A DNA stretch of 62,142 nt, the filler included, from Choristocarpus tenellus KU-1152 (lineage: Eukaryota > Protista > Phaeophyceae), in assembly GCA_964200185.2 (NCBI GenBank). It is 9 parts of 9 records of this genome, joined end to end, with 100 filler letters (N's around TTAATTAATTAA, not from the genome) between each part and the next. Parts side by side here need not be neighbours in the genome. Positions count along the whole stretch, not along the records: positions 11,990 to 15,307 come from CAXNAD020020839.1; positions 15,408 to 23,832 come from CAXNAD020004726.1; positions 23,933 to 27,155 come from CAXNAD020021429.1; 6 more parts are not named here. The stretch is one strand, 5' to 3'. A program made the position numbers and the translations under genes. Positions 12,987 to 25,092 of the stretch are shown piece by piece (the stretch's first letter is position 1; every line of letters begins with the position of its first letter). The notes below the pieces were generated by a model. That model had not been told where the DNA came from, made no database searches, and saw nothing but the letters and a program-made list of their open reading frames with translations.

Positions 12987-15168
12987 GTGAAGCGAGTTAT
13001 TCAGGGGGAGGGACCTGGACACCTGGTCCTGGAGGAGGCCTTGGAAGAGTCTGCTCTGGATGGGGGCGGGGAAGGGGATCAGGTCGAGAGGTCCAGACAG
13101 GTTTGTTAGGGTTAGGGTTAGGGTTAGGGTTAGGGTTAGGGTTAGGGCTAGGTCAGGGGGTAAGAAGTTCGATGTGGAGGCTTTTGCAGAATCTGTTGTC
13201 CGGGGAGACCAGGGGTACTTTGTGTTGGAACACTAGTAAACCCCTGTATCCTCCGAGCGAGGAGTTAGCTGACTATGTCCTTGGTGGATGCAGGGGTTTT
13301 TACTAGTGTGTTCTAACACTTTGTTGTGTATTGTCGACAGTCTTATTAATTTTATCAATTTTATTAATTTTATTAATTGTATTAATTTTATTAATTTTAT
13401 TAATTTTATTAATTGTATTAATTTTATTAATTTTATTGATTTTATCAATTTTATTAATTTTATTAATTTTATTAATTCATGGGAGTGTCAGTGTTAGGGT
13501 TAGGGTTAGTTTCTATTTTCGTGTATGTGTGTAAGTTGTGGGGCTTTGTGATAGGTGTGTGGTGGCAACATGTTAGGGTTAGGGTTAGGATTGGGGTTAG
13601 GATTGGGGTTAGGGTTTTAAGGTTTACTGTAGAGGTCAGAGAATAAAATGACAGTTAACATTATAGGTTTAGAGTTAGGGTTTATATCAGGGTTGATGTG
13701 TTAGGGTTAGGATTGGAGTCAGGGTTCTTAGATCGCTTTTTTTTGGCTAGGGTTAGGGTTAGTGCCAGGGTCAGTGCTAGGGTTAGGGATGTTGATGGTG
13801 TCCAGAGCTTTCGGGGCAGGTTGGTGTTAGGGTTAGGGTTTAAGGGATTTCGAAACGTTTGGTTGGCATTTACGCTGAGGTAGAGAGGTTTGGACAGATT
13901 TTTCTGTTTTTGAGTGCATGTAAGATGGACTGTGTTTTTTTTTGTTCCTTTTCAAGATTTTTTTTTTCGCTTGACACTGTATCTTTTTTTTTTTTGGCTA
14001 AAAACTAAAAAGAAACGAGCCAGGTTTTGGTTTCGTGTTGTGTGTGTGTACCCTTGTATGTGTGTATGTGTATGTGTGTATGTGTGTGTGTGTGTGCGTT
14101 TTAAAGCGTGCATTTTTTTGTATTTTGTATTTTGTGATTTTTTTTATTTTTATGGGTATGTGGGCATGCGTGTGCTCTGATCCCTGTGGACATGTAGATG
14201 TGATGCATGCATGCATGCATGTATGTATGTATGTATGTATGTATGTATTATTATTATTATTATTATTATTAGAGCCAGTTTCACTGCCTCATTAGAGCCA
14301 GTTTACTCTGTATCAGTCTGTCGGCGTTGCAGTCAGTGTACAACGCAATCGAGTTCCATCAACCCTTTTTATTTTTAAGAGCATGGTGGCAGGCACGAGA
14401 TCCAGAACCCCTTCGCCTCCCGCTACCCCACCACCCGAGTGGTGTTGTTCAGAGAGAGGTGCATACTGCATCCTTATCACGCTTGCAATCAAGAAACGAC
14501 CCTTCTTACCGGGCACCGTGTAGGGACGGGTGAAACTCGAAAGGGATGTATGGCCCCAGGGCGCCCAGTGGCTGTGACTCGGCGTTTTGTTTTAGCTCTG
14601 TAGCCTTTCTTCTTTTTTGTTGTTGTTTTGGATGGCCGTACAAAAATGTTGTGCTGATATATACGTGCGTGTTTGATGAGACACTTGTAAGTGTAATAAT
14701 AGTAAACAAACAGTACGCAACAAATAAAATTCTGTTTTGTTCTTTTATTCTATTTTTTTACCTTTTTTTTTTTAACTTTCTTTTATTTCTCTTTTTTTGT
14801 GTTTTTGTTTTTTCGTCTCTCTTTTTTTAATTTATATTTTTTGGGTTATTTTTATTCGTGTTTTGTATTGTTGTTTTTACTTGTCTTTATTTTAATTTTT
14901 TTATTTCTCTCTTATTTCTCCACATCTTCTATTATTTATTTTATTTCTCTTTTCGTCGTATGTATATTATTATTATTATTATTATTATGTTCTTTTTTTG
15001 CAGGGGACGACAGCAGGCGCGGACTTGGAAGGGGGTAGCACGATGTCGCTGGTGTCCTATGCTTCTCATGTATCCCACATGTCAGTGGAATCCGCTAGGT
15101 CTAACTCTTGGTCTGGCTCTGCGATAGGATTGGTCGACTACCCCGCAGGCATACCAGCCAAGCAATGG
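12987..15168 (+). CDS. Putative internal exons of an unidentified gene (12987-13100, possibly ~14332-14458, 15004-15168)
   Basis: GC-richer islands in T-rich low-complexity DNA with AG/GT boundaries. 12987-13100 (114 nt, VKRVIQGEG...ERSRQ) and 15004-15168 (165 nt, GTTAGADLEGG...IPAKQW) are both open in phase 0. No domain recognised. Confidence 0.35.
13106..13150 (+). repeat. Interstitial telomere-type (TTAGGG)n; more degenerate copies at 13494-13840 and 5939-5970 (CCCTAA)
   Basis: About 7 tandem TTAGGG units immediately after a putative GT donor. Confidence 0.9.
13344..13477. repeat. 9-bp tandem repeat (TTATTAATT)n
   Basis: About 15 units; it produces the spurious INF/LIL/IKL ORFs. Confidence 0.9.
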
Positions 15169-15410
15169 GTGAGATTCTCTTTTTTTTCTCTTATTTTTTC
15201 TCTTATTTTTTTCATATTTCTATTTTTTTCTCCTTTTTTCTTAGAAAAAAAAGTCGGAAGGGATACATACGTGTTTTTTTTTTTTTGAGAAATGTTGGAT
15301 TTGGAGGNNNNNNNNNNNNNNNNNNNNNNNNNNNNNNNNNNNNNNNNNNNNTTAATTAATTAANNNNNNNNNNNNNNNNNNNNNNNNNNNNNNNNNNNNN
15401 NNNNNNNGGG

Positions 15411-16612
15411 TGTTCAATTAGACTCTTCCAACTCTATCGGACAGTTAAGGTAAAATATGTATAGAGTAACAGAACAATCAATTAGTGGTTGAGTTATCAG
15501 AACCTTTTACTAGTGATTAGTTTGAATGATAATTTTTCTCATATAAAGGAAAATATTTATAATTTTATGGGGCATTGCATACCCCACCTAACTTTAATTA
15601 ATCACTCTACAGACACCAAGCAATCTCGCTGGGTTTATCACCTGTATCAACTTTGATGATTTTGGGGATACTTTAACAATGAGTAGATGTGATTGTGATG
15701 GAAATCACTGTTGTATTTGTTCTGTTGTAACTGAAGTAATTGATCTCTTAGTCAAGCATGGTGTGGTGTGAATTCAACGTTATTTGATGAGATGCTCAAC
15801 GAAAGAAGTCCATGCTCTGTGGAGGGGCTTGTTACCTTGTCTGGCAAGGGTATCCGTAGATGGTTTAACTCTGTATGTATTACATTCAAGTGTGCATCAG
15901 GGGCACTATTGCAGAGTGAGCATGAGGCACTCAGTGGGGCAATGACAACAAATGAAAAAATAATAACCACCAATTAACTTGCATCTAGGGTCTTATGCTT
16001 ATAAAAAAGAACAGAGATGACAGACAACAGCAAAGCGAAAATAGGAACAGAAGGTAACAGTGGAATGCACTTGGAACAGGTTCCGAAGTAACTTGGATGA
16101 CGCGTGCTAAGATGTTCCTGTGTGGGATGTGTATCAATTGAATATCAACTGAAGCTATACTTCTATCTACTGTCATCGATGTGATGATTAGTTGGGATGT
16201 GCAATAAATACATGGACAATACTGACCAGTGCAGTGCACCAATCAACAGTCAGTACAAGCTGGTAGTTTTTGTGTCATATCAACAAGAAACAAAAGAGTA
16301 GCCTATTTTAGCACACAGCAGAAACTGTGAGTAGATGGGAGAGAGATGTTAAAGTATCTCCCAAATCACCGAAGAGGATAAAGGTGATAAACCCAGCGAG
16401 ATTGCTTGGTGGCTGTAGAGTGATTGATTAGATTTAAGTGGGGCATGCAAGACCCCATAAAATTAGAAATATTTCCTTTTATAGGAGTAAAGTTCTCAAA
16501 CAACTAGTCACTAGTAAAAGATTCTGATCACTCAACCACTAATTGATTTTTCCGTTACTCCGTACATATTTTAACGTAACTGTCCGATAGAGTTGGAAGA
16601 GTCTAATCGAAC
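15411..16612. repeat. Long inverted repeat, arms ~270 bp (15411-15679 / ~16349-16612), ~670-bp spacer; possible long-TIR non-autonomous element
   Basis: TGTTCAATTAGACTCTTCCAACTCTATCGGACAGTTA... pairs with ...TAACTGTCCGATAGAGTTGGAAGAGTCTAATCGAACA; CCAAGCAATCTCGCTGGGTTTATCACCT pairs with AGGTGATAAACCCAGCGAGATTGCTTGG. Confidence 0.85.
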
Positions 16613-16616
16613 AAAA

Positions 16617-17160
16617 GACTTCCTAACAAGGGATCACAACAAGGTGTTGGAGCAAGGACGCTACGAGAGGTGTTTCGTTCTGGGCGTCGACGAGGAGATC
16701 CTTGCTAAGGTCAAAGAATGGTTCGCAAAGGGTTAGGGAGAAGGAATGGGGAGACCAATATGACCGCAGAGAATTTTCATTGAGTACATCAACGACACAG
16801 TCATGTCGAAGGTGGAGAAGCTGAAGACAGACAAGTTCGACCCCTTCAAGGGGATGAAGTTCAACATGGTGAGCGAAGGGCAGGCTCGTCGACCCATTAT
16901 CAGCCTCTCCACAACGACCACTTGGCAGTATATTTTACAGGTGTACCGTTGGTATACTTCAATCAAGTAATAGTACCTCTGTTGCCACTCTTAGCAACCT
17001 ACGATCCAGGGTTCAAACCCCAATATGAGTGATGTTTCTTCAAAACAATAAAAAATCGTGAAAAAACGAAGCCCCAAATCTGGAGGGCGTTCCGATGGGC
17101 ATCACGAATATGCATTTATTTTTTTAATCCAATGTCTACATCAACACTTATGATGGGACT
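16617..17160 (+). repeat. Dispersed repeat, paralogous to 23952-24582 (decayed TE-derived sequence)
   Basis: Shared blocks GGAGCAAGG.CGC.ACGAGAGG.GTTTCGTTCTGGGC, TCAAGTAATAGT...CCAGGGTTC.AACCC and ATGTCTACATCAA...TTATGA.GGGAC. Confidence 0.75.
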
Positions 17161-19559
17161 CCAGATGCATTTACTACTGGTACCTTATATCAACGTAACA
17201 TAATTTGGAGTATACGGGACATGATTCGTTTTCTGGCCCTCTATTTCCTTCGGCATCTCCAGAATATGGAAGTTTCAAATATTTATGCAGGAGTGACATC
17301 CTTAACACCACCAAAAATCTGCCTGTTCATGGAAAAGATAGTGTCCAACAATGTAACATAGAACATACCGATCTCTCTTATCGACCTTCATACGAATACT
17401 AATCAGAACAAATATTATTGTGGACAGGAGTGTTTGGCAATACATTGTTCGTTTATAACGTCTCTGCAAGGTGACACCAGCACGTCTCTCATTTTGACAG
17501 ACAGAACCTGTTCCCCCAAACGTGAGGATGATCCGACAATACGAAACATTTCGAAGTGCTAACTTTTCCAAATACTTCCAAGACACCTGCCCAAGGCCGA
17601 GAAGGCATATGACGCCTTGCTAAGGAGCACCAACGGCTTCTACAGGTCCATTGCCGACAATGCAGCTTCACCCTCCGAGGCGTGAAAACAACCGAGGCAG
17701 CATGTTCTCATCCGTTCAGATGAGGAAATTGCTAGGCTGCAAAACATGGTAATGAACGTCAAGATGCCTAGGGGGCCAGACTCAGATCACCTTCACTACT
17801 ATGATGAACTGGGTTGGACAGATGGCTATGATGGGACGTGAGATGTTGGCGCAAGTCCTGCATGTTGCTATGCTGGATTGTCTGGATGATGACTATCAGA
17901 TCACTTAACACTACCTACAACACCATAGTAACGGAAAACAGACGAGATCAACCATACTACCCGCTGCTTGTTGTTAAAACATAGGCTACTCATCTGTTTG
18001 TTCCTTGACACGATACAGTTCGACCAGTCAACACTGACTGTTAATTGGTCTGTTACGTTCTGGACATTACTTTCACCAGTTTGTCATCACCACATCAACA
18101 ACTACAATCAGAACACCTTAGTACGGAACAGTTGCTCTGCATTCCATACAAATAGTATAGTATAGTGTACGTCACTTGAGTTGCATCACATATTGTTTCA
18201 ATTTTGTTCTGTTGTTCTGTTGTTTGTTTTTCTTTCACTCTTCTTATCAGCAGAAGATGACAGTTGTACATTTATGGTTCATTATTATTTCTTTCGCGAC
18301 TGCTATTAATGCCTCAAATTGCACCAAATGCCACTGCAAACTGTCTACCAAACACAGACATGGATGTAATATAATCAGAGTTAAAACCATCCGTGGAAAC
18401 CCTTGCCAGCCAAGGTGGCAGGCCTCTCCACAGAGCATGGACTTCTTTTGTTGAGTATCTCATGAAAGAGCACTGAATTCACAACACATCATTCTGGATA
18501 GAGCAACTAACAATACTGAATTCACATCGCATCATTCATGACTGATAGATCAATGACCTCAGTTACAACAGGATAAATACATCGGTGCTTTACAGTACAA
18601 TCACATCTATCCGTAACATACACTACACATATCACTCATTGGTGCTTTGCAGCACCATGATTCCTCATCGCTCGTAGTCTACACATTTTGCTTACATGTA
18701 CGATGCATTCGATTCAGGTTTCAACACTTGTTCAAGATATTTTCCCTCCAGTGAGAGGCAGGGAACCACGGAGAGTCCAGAGTGCTCTACCACAAAGATT
18801 GTGATCCGCGGAGAGCCTGCGAGCGCTCTTACCGCAAAGGCACTTAAGGCCAACCAAGTAGGTGGCTAAAGCGCAACTAGTCATCGTGCAAACCCTGGTA
18901 CCAGTGCCCAGTGCGAGACCAGGACTCAAGAAAGATGTAACAATTGCTGACTGATTAAGCATGCCGGTCTTTGTTCATTCAAAGGACTGTGTCCCAACTG
19001 TGGGGAAAACGGACACCTGCAGTACTTTGTCACCAGGGGAGAGCGACCCTGTCAAAACAGGTGGAGGTATTGACTGGGCCAGGGTTGGAGTCAGCAATGA
19101 AAAGTAGAGGACGAAGGAGATTCAAGCTGTATTGACAGCTGTAGCCAATCACAATAAAGTAAGAGTATCTGGATTAGAGAGATGGTGCTTTGATTCAATC
19201 CAAATGTGTGACTAATGGCCAGGCTAACATGTAAAATTATAGACTGTGTCCTGAAGGTTGCAAAATGACAGTGGCTGATGGTATATCCTCACCTATGAAG
19301 GGACATGGTATGCTCGACCTTAACTTCAAAGGTCATGATGAGTAGGTACATGTTACTCTACAGTATATTGCTCTTGTCCCCAACCTAGCATTCAACCTCT
19401 TATCCTCACACTCTACCTGTAAGGCTGATGAAGTCACTACCAAGGCGACTTGGTGATGCGTATTACTTCTCTGATGTGGAGGATCTTCCACTTATTTTTG
19501 AGTGGGGTGGATTGATGTATACCGCCAAAGTTGAAAGGCTGGAACCCACTGATGATTTA

Positions 19560-19821
19560 GAGTCAAAGTATCTTTAGATGGTAGGGCCACGTCCTTTTGG
19601 GGGCCAAAATCCAATGTTGCGATTTGGATGTAATTTTGGCTATCGTGTTTGTTAGGAAGTGTCAATATCCTTGTTTCGGACACACCTCCTTTCGTAGCAT
19701 ATACTACTTACCTACTCCAAAACATTTAGGAGTAGGAAAGTGTCAGTAAAAAAAACAGTGGGAAGTCAAGCCCCATATGGACAAACAGGGCAAACTCGCT
19801 CCCTCTAACGTACTCTCACTC
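19560..19821 (+). mobile_element. MITE family A
   Basis: GAGTCAAAGTATCTTTAGATGGTAG ... CCCTCTAACGTACTCTCACTC; flanks TTA/TCA. Confidence 0.9.
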
Positions 19822-20827
19822 TCACCTCTTGTTCCGAATGTTTCATCTGCGCCTATGCACATTAACGTTCTTCATCGCATTTTGAACCATGCTCGTGAGC
19901 ATATCTTCCATTGCACAGGAAGTGAGAAAAGGAAATCAAGCTGTCAGGACATCTGGCCACAACGAAATGTGTGGCGTGTGCTAAGGGAATTCGAATAAGA
20001 GATCCCATCCCCAAGTCTAATGCAGTTTGAGCTAAAGGACCGGTCACCTGCATTTTCTTCAACCTCACCGAACCTCAGGAAGTGCAATCTCTAGGTGGGG
20101 TGTTGTACGCCTTGGTCATTGTTGATGATACCATGCGTTTCATCTGGATATACCTGCTCAACCAGAGAAGGAAGATGCAGTAAAGGCCCTTGGGCGATGG
20201 CACACGGTCGAACGTCATCCCCAGTGACATGATCCTGGGGGGGAATGGCAAAGGGAGGAATTTCAGACTTTTGTGGTGGAGATGGGCGAGGTGCAGGAAA
20301 TGACAAGAAAAGGAGAACCCCAGTACAATGGCATAGGCAAACGTTACATTGCTCAGATTGACACCGGGACAAGGGCCAGCATCTGCTTTGTGGGGTTGGG
20401 TGAGAAAATGTGATTGTGGGGTGAGGCGTATCAACAGTCAGATTAATTCTCAATAGAAGTACTACTGCTGCAAATAAGGGGCTCTCACCATATCGTGCAC
20501 TATATGGAGAGGTTGGGTCTCTGATGGGTGTACCATCTTTTGGCACTCCAAGATACTACAAGTCCAATCCCATGAACAAGCTTGGGAGTCATGGGTGACA
20601 GTGCATCATGTTAAGGGGATGGCAATGGATCAACCCCGTGGCATGTTTCCCGCCCTAGACCCTGTGACTAGCTGATTAGTCAAGCGAGCAGGCGATCATT
20701 GGTGCCCCCAAAAAGATGGCAGGGTACGATTTCCGACCTCAAATATTTAGCGTGAAAATGATGACGTGGATTATGCTCCAGGATACATCCTCCCTCCGCA
20801 CGTGGGCCGAAGGAGTACCGAAATTCA

Positions 20828-21093
20828 GAGTCAAAGTATCTTACAGGGTAGAGCAGTGTCCGTGTGGGAGCCAAACCCAATGTTGCAATTTGATGTAATT
20901 TTGGCAATCATGTTTCTTAAGGAGTGTCAATATCCTTGTTCCTGACATACACGTGATACCTACTTCAAAACGTACACAATTACCTACCTCGAAACATTCC
21001 AGAGTAGCAAAATGTCAATAAAAAATCCGTGGGAAGCCAAGCCTCAAATGGACAAACAGGGCAATACTACTACCCTCTAAGATACTGGCTCTC
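20828..21093 (+). mobile_element. MITE family A
   Basis: GAGTCAAAGTATCTTACAGGGTAG ... TACCCTCTAAGATACTGGCTCTC; TSD TCA/TCA. Confidence 0.9.
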
Positions 21094-21385
21094 TCAGGAG
21101 ATGGGGGGTGATGATGATGAAATCTCCTGGATTGAAGGAAGATCAGGTTATGGAGTTGAGTTTCAAGATGCATGGGGCGATGGCGAAGATATAGGAGGAA
21201 ACGAATTGTTCCCTGTGAATAACAATAATAGTGATGGCAACAACACCAACTGGATTGGAGGGGACAACAAAAATAGTGACAGGGAAGGCGAGACAAAAAC
21301 CAACGATAACTGGAGCTACATGGAACTCCGACGTCTTAGTTCTGGCGATGGCCACGAAAACATCCTTCCTCACCACACCAGATCT

Positions 21386-21645
21386 GAGTGAAAGTATCTT
21401 AGAGGGTACGAGTTTTGCCCTGTTTGTCCATTTGGGGCTTGGCTTCCCATGGGTTTTATTGTGATATTTTCCTACTCGCAAATGTTTAGGAGTAGGTAAG
21501 ATGTGTGCGTTTTGAAAAAGTGTGTCCAGAACAAGGATACTGACACTCCCTAACAAACATGATAGTCAAAATTACATCAAAATCGCAACATTGGATTTTG
21601 ACCCCAAAAATAGACACAGCTACCCTCTAAGATATTTTTTGGCTC
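21386..21645 (-). mobile_element. MITE family A
   Basis: GAGTGAAAGTATCTTAGAGGGTAC ... TACCCTCTAAGATATTTTTTGGCTC; TSD TCT/TCT. Confidence 0.92.
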
Positions 21646-22374
21646 TCTGGTAACCGTCAAGATATATCTAAAAAAGCTGCTGTTTTTGTGATGCCTTCAA
21701 CGTTTTTGTTGTGCTTGTCTATTTCCATTGAGAGTAAGTACCCTTGTGGTGTGTTCGAGTGATGAATCTATCATAGTGTTTACGGATGAGGTCTCTCCAT
21801 ATATCCCAAGACTGTAAGAGTAGCACATAGCTCTCCTGGATGTGATTCGTGGGATCGAGGTAGAGCAGAAGAGATGTCTGGTTGTTGAATAATGTTTGGG
21901 TGGAGGCCGTATTACCCCCTGGACGCAGGGTAATAGACACCAAATGAATTCACAAGCATAAGCCCAATAAATATGGCGAGGTAGTCAGATCCAAGGCAGG
22001 TTTGGTAGCATAAGGTTTTGGACAGTTTGGGGGTTTAGATTACCAAGGTATCTTTGCTCCAATAACATCGACTGCGTCTTTGAGAATGGTTTTGGCACTG
22101 GCTACAGACAAAGACTTGGAGTTGATGCATTGGGAAGTGAAACGGACTCTTGTTCAAGCAGAAGTCAGAGAAGAAATATTTGTTCGTTCATGTGATGGAA
22201 ATGGTTTGTAGACAGGAAGACTATGCGTTTAGTTAAAAGCACTTTATGGGACCAAACGGTCTAGCAGGGAGTTTAATAATTTGTTGGTGCACATTTTGGA
22301 CAATGTGGGTTTGAGGAATACAGAGTAGTAGATCCTGTGTGTTACGCTATATATATAGAAATGGCGTTGTTTGT

Positions 22375-22573
22375 GAGTCAAAGTATCTGGGGTAGTGGTG
22401 GTTAGTGAGGGGGCGTCCATTTCGGCATGAACCGTTCACGACTGAAGACAGCAATTGGAATAACTTTTGAGCACGTCGTCGGGGCTGAAGCGGACGCCCC
22501 CACACACCAACACAGCCCTTACAACGAACATCTTTGTGGTGATGTCACCACCCCCCCCCAGATACTTTGAACC
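22375..22573. mobile_element. MITE family B-like
   Basis: GAGTCAAAGTATCTGGGG...GGGGGCGTCCATTT ... GGACGCCCC...CCCCCCAGATACTTTGAACC; flanks TGT/AGT. Confidence 0.75.
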
Positions 22574-23777
22574 AGTCACCGTCCTTTTTTTTTATGTATT
22601 TTGGAATAAAATGCATTTAGGACCTGCCCTTGGCGCTTGAGTGGTTGTAGACTGTGTGATTATGACTTAGGGAATTTGCCGTTGGGTTCAAATTTTAGAG
22701 CTGGGTTGGTTGCCGCCGTTTGGATTGGGTGTGGAAGAGGGGTCATCTGTTGTGAAAATCTCGACTTGTGGTGTAGATGGTGGTATGGAGTACGAGATGC
22801 TTCTGCGTCAACATTATCTTAGCAAGGTTTCTGTCAATTGCTCTGTGGTTCGACCAACGCAAAGATGGGAGGAAGAAGGATTGTGGTATGGCAGTAAAAG
22901 TATTAAAGAATAGTGACAGAACGCACTAATCGAGATGAAATCTAGGTTACCACCAGGCCAATAAAGGTATGCGTATAAGGACACATAGACAAAAAAAATC
23001 TTCAGGAAGATATTAAAATCAAGATATACCAAATGTGTAAGTTTATTGATTTAGAGAACGTCCGACCTCTCAAGCACAACATGTCTGTCGAGGAATGCGT
23101 CTGATTGGCGAAGTAAAGGGTGACTCACGAACAGGAATTGGCCTAGTTAGCTCCTCAAAACCGCGTCTCTCGTCAGTATGGGGGCAGAGTGGGATTTGTC
23201 CAGAACCATGCACGTGTAGGAGCGTCTTGGTCTATACTGTATCGTTCGACAAGAAGCTGGACATTTCCCAAGTCGCCATTTTCCCATTTAACCTCGTAGG
23301 GGTAGCTGACTCGCTCATTTCCAACTTTCACTGTGTACTGGTACTTGGTCATGGTCCCTCGCATCCACTGATCGTCTCATCTGAAGTATAGTCCTCTGTC
23401 CTTGGCACCGGCATTGAGTGTTTCTCCCTCATCTAAATCCGGAACAGCCCTCAGTGTCGGTTCAAGGAGTATATATTTCTCCGTATCCTTCTCCATGTCC
23501 CTACACTTCCACTGGCGGCCAACCAGCGACTGGCGGTGTTGTCTCACACGCTGGGCTGCAGCCTCGACCTCTTGTTCTTCTCCCGACGTTAGTCGACACC
23601 TTCATTGATCTCGTCCTTTGTCTCATGTACGACCTCAGATGAGGGGGCAAAGATTTTTTGCCATCGTCTGGAAGGTAGGACACTGAGTAAATGTACGCCC
23701 CTGAACCGTCCACGTGAACATCACTGACCTTCCCCTGTATGGTAGACCCCCCACTCGTGCATAGGACAAAGCCGGTT

Positions 23778-23832
23778 GAGTGGAAGTATCTTAGAGGGTA
23801 CGAGTTTTGCCCTGTTTGTCCATTTGGGGCTT
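23778..23832 (-). mobile_element. MITE family A, truncated at linker
   Basis: GAGTGGAAGTATCTTAGAGGGTACGAGTTTTGCCCTGTTTGTCCATTTGGGGCTT followed by Ns. Confidence 0.85.
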
Positions 23833-24032
23833 NNNNNNNNNNNNNNNNNNNNNNNNNNNNNNNNNNNNNNNNNNNNTTAATTAATTAANNNNNNNNNNNN
23901 NNNNNNNNNNNNNNNNNNNNNNNNNNNNNNNNCCCCCAGATACTTTGACCCCTTCCTAACTAAGGGCCACATCAAGATGTCGGAGCAAGGGCGCGACGAG
24001 AGGCGTTTCGTTCTGGGCCTCGTCGAGGATAT

Positions 24033-24291
24033 GAGTGAACGTATCTTAGAGGGTACGAGTTTTGCCCTGTTTGTCCATTTGAGGCTTGGCTTCTCTTGGG
24101 GGTTTTCATCACCTTTTTCTACTCCAAAATGTTTAGGAGTAGGTAAAATGTATATGATATGAAACGGTGTGTCCAGAATATGGATATTTACACTTCCTAA
24201 CAAACACAATAGCCAAAATGACATGCAAATCGCCAAATTGAATTTCGACCCCCGAATGGACGCGGCTTTACCCTCTAAGATACTTTGGCTC
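24033..24291 (-). mobile_element. MITE family A
   Basis: TIRs as in the other copies; TSD TAT/TAT; inserted in the repeat whose uninterrupted paralog is at ~16690-16710. Confidence 0.93.
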
Positions 24292-25092
24292 TATCCTTGC
24301 CGAGGTCAAAGAGTGGGTGCGCGAACACACTTGGAGAAAGGGTGGGAAGGCTTTTTTCCTCTCTAAACCCTATCCTTTAATCAAGTAATAGTGTATCTGT
24401 TATCACTCTTGATGACCTACAATCCAGGGTTCGAACCCAAATATGACCGCTCTTTCCTCGAAAATAGGAAAAAATGGCGAAAAAGCAACGAAGCGCGCAC
24501 TCTGGAGGGCACTGTGACGAGCATTACGAATATACTTTAATGTTTTAAATCCTATGTCTACATCAAAAGTTATGACGGGACAACCCTAGAGGGTGAAGCT
24601 ATTGGCACCACTCTAAAATGCAGATTTTGTAGCTTTTTGGTTGGCTAAAACAAATTCGAATTGGTCACTTCGATTGGATAATTCCTCTACTATGAGATCA
24701 TCAAACTTTGAGTGTTACCCCGTGGGTCTTACCGAGGCGATAATCTTTTCACTATTGTTTTGGACTATAAATGGGAAAGTTGATCAAATTTGCAAATGAA
24801 AACACTACGGGCAGAAATCGGAGGGATACATAAAACATTTCGATATAGTGAATTTCATTTTGCGCAAACACACTAATACAATGTCGTCTATTTGATTTGT
24901 GACCCATATGTCGTCATTAATGGCAAAAAAATGTGACGTTTTTTTTGTTCTCCAGAGGACCTACACAAACACACACACAAATCCTTGAGCCCCAGTCCTT
25001 GTAGACAAAAATAGTAGGTCTGGAAGGAGAGAGAGAGCACGCGACCACTGCTTGAAATAGACTTTTTGAAGGGCTAGTACACAAGTACGATA

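Larger units (their letters stand above)
18750..22374 (+). mobile_element. Decayed Ty1/Copia LTR retrotransposon (protease, integrase, RT fragments), interrupted by 3 family-A MITEs
   Basis: Frameshifted motifs in Copia order: WCFDS and VADG..PMKGHG (protease region), LVPNLAFNLLS, LHRILNHA (GAG-pre-integrase), SLGGVLYALVIVDD (integrase), NRSTTAANKGLSPY, then KPNKYGEVVRSKAGLVA*GFGQFGGLDYQGIFAP and KALYGTK (RT). Confidence 0.85.

Noticed and set aside
13106-13150. True chromosome end
   Set aside because: Short array with unique sequence on both sides; interstitial.
13103-14295. ORFs such as MLGLGLGLG, INFINF, LILLIL and CVCVCV
   Set aside because: Translations of TTAGGG, 9-bp and dinucleotide repeats.
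23095-23770. Minus-strand Tudor-like fragments (YIYSVSYLPDDG, YEVKWENGD)
   Set aside because: Frameshifted, with no consistent splice model or diagnostic motif; likely TE debris.
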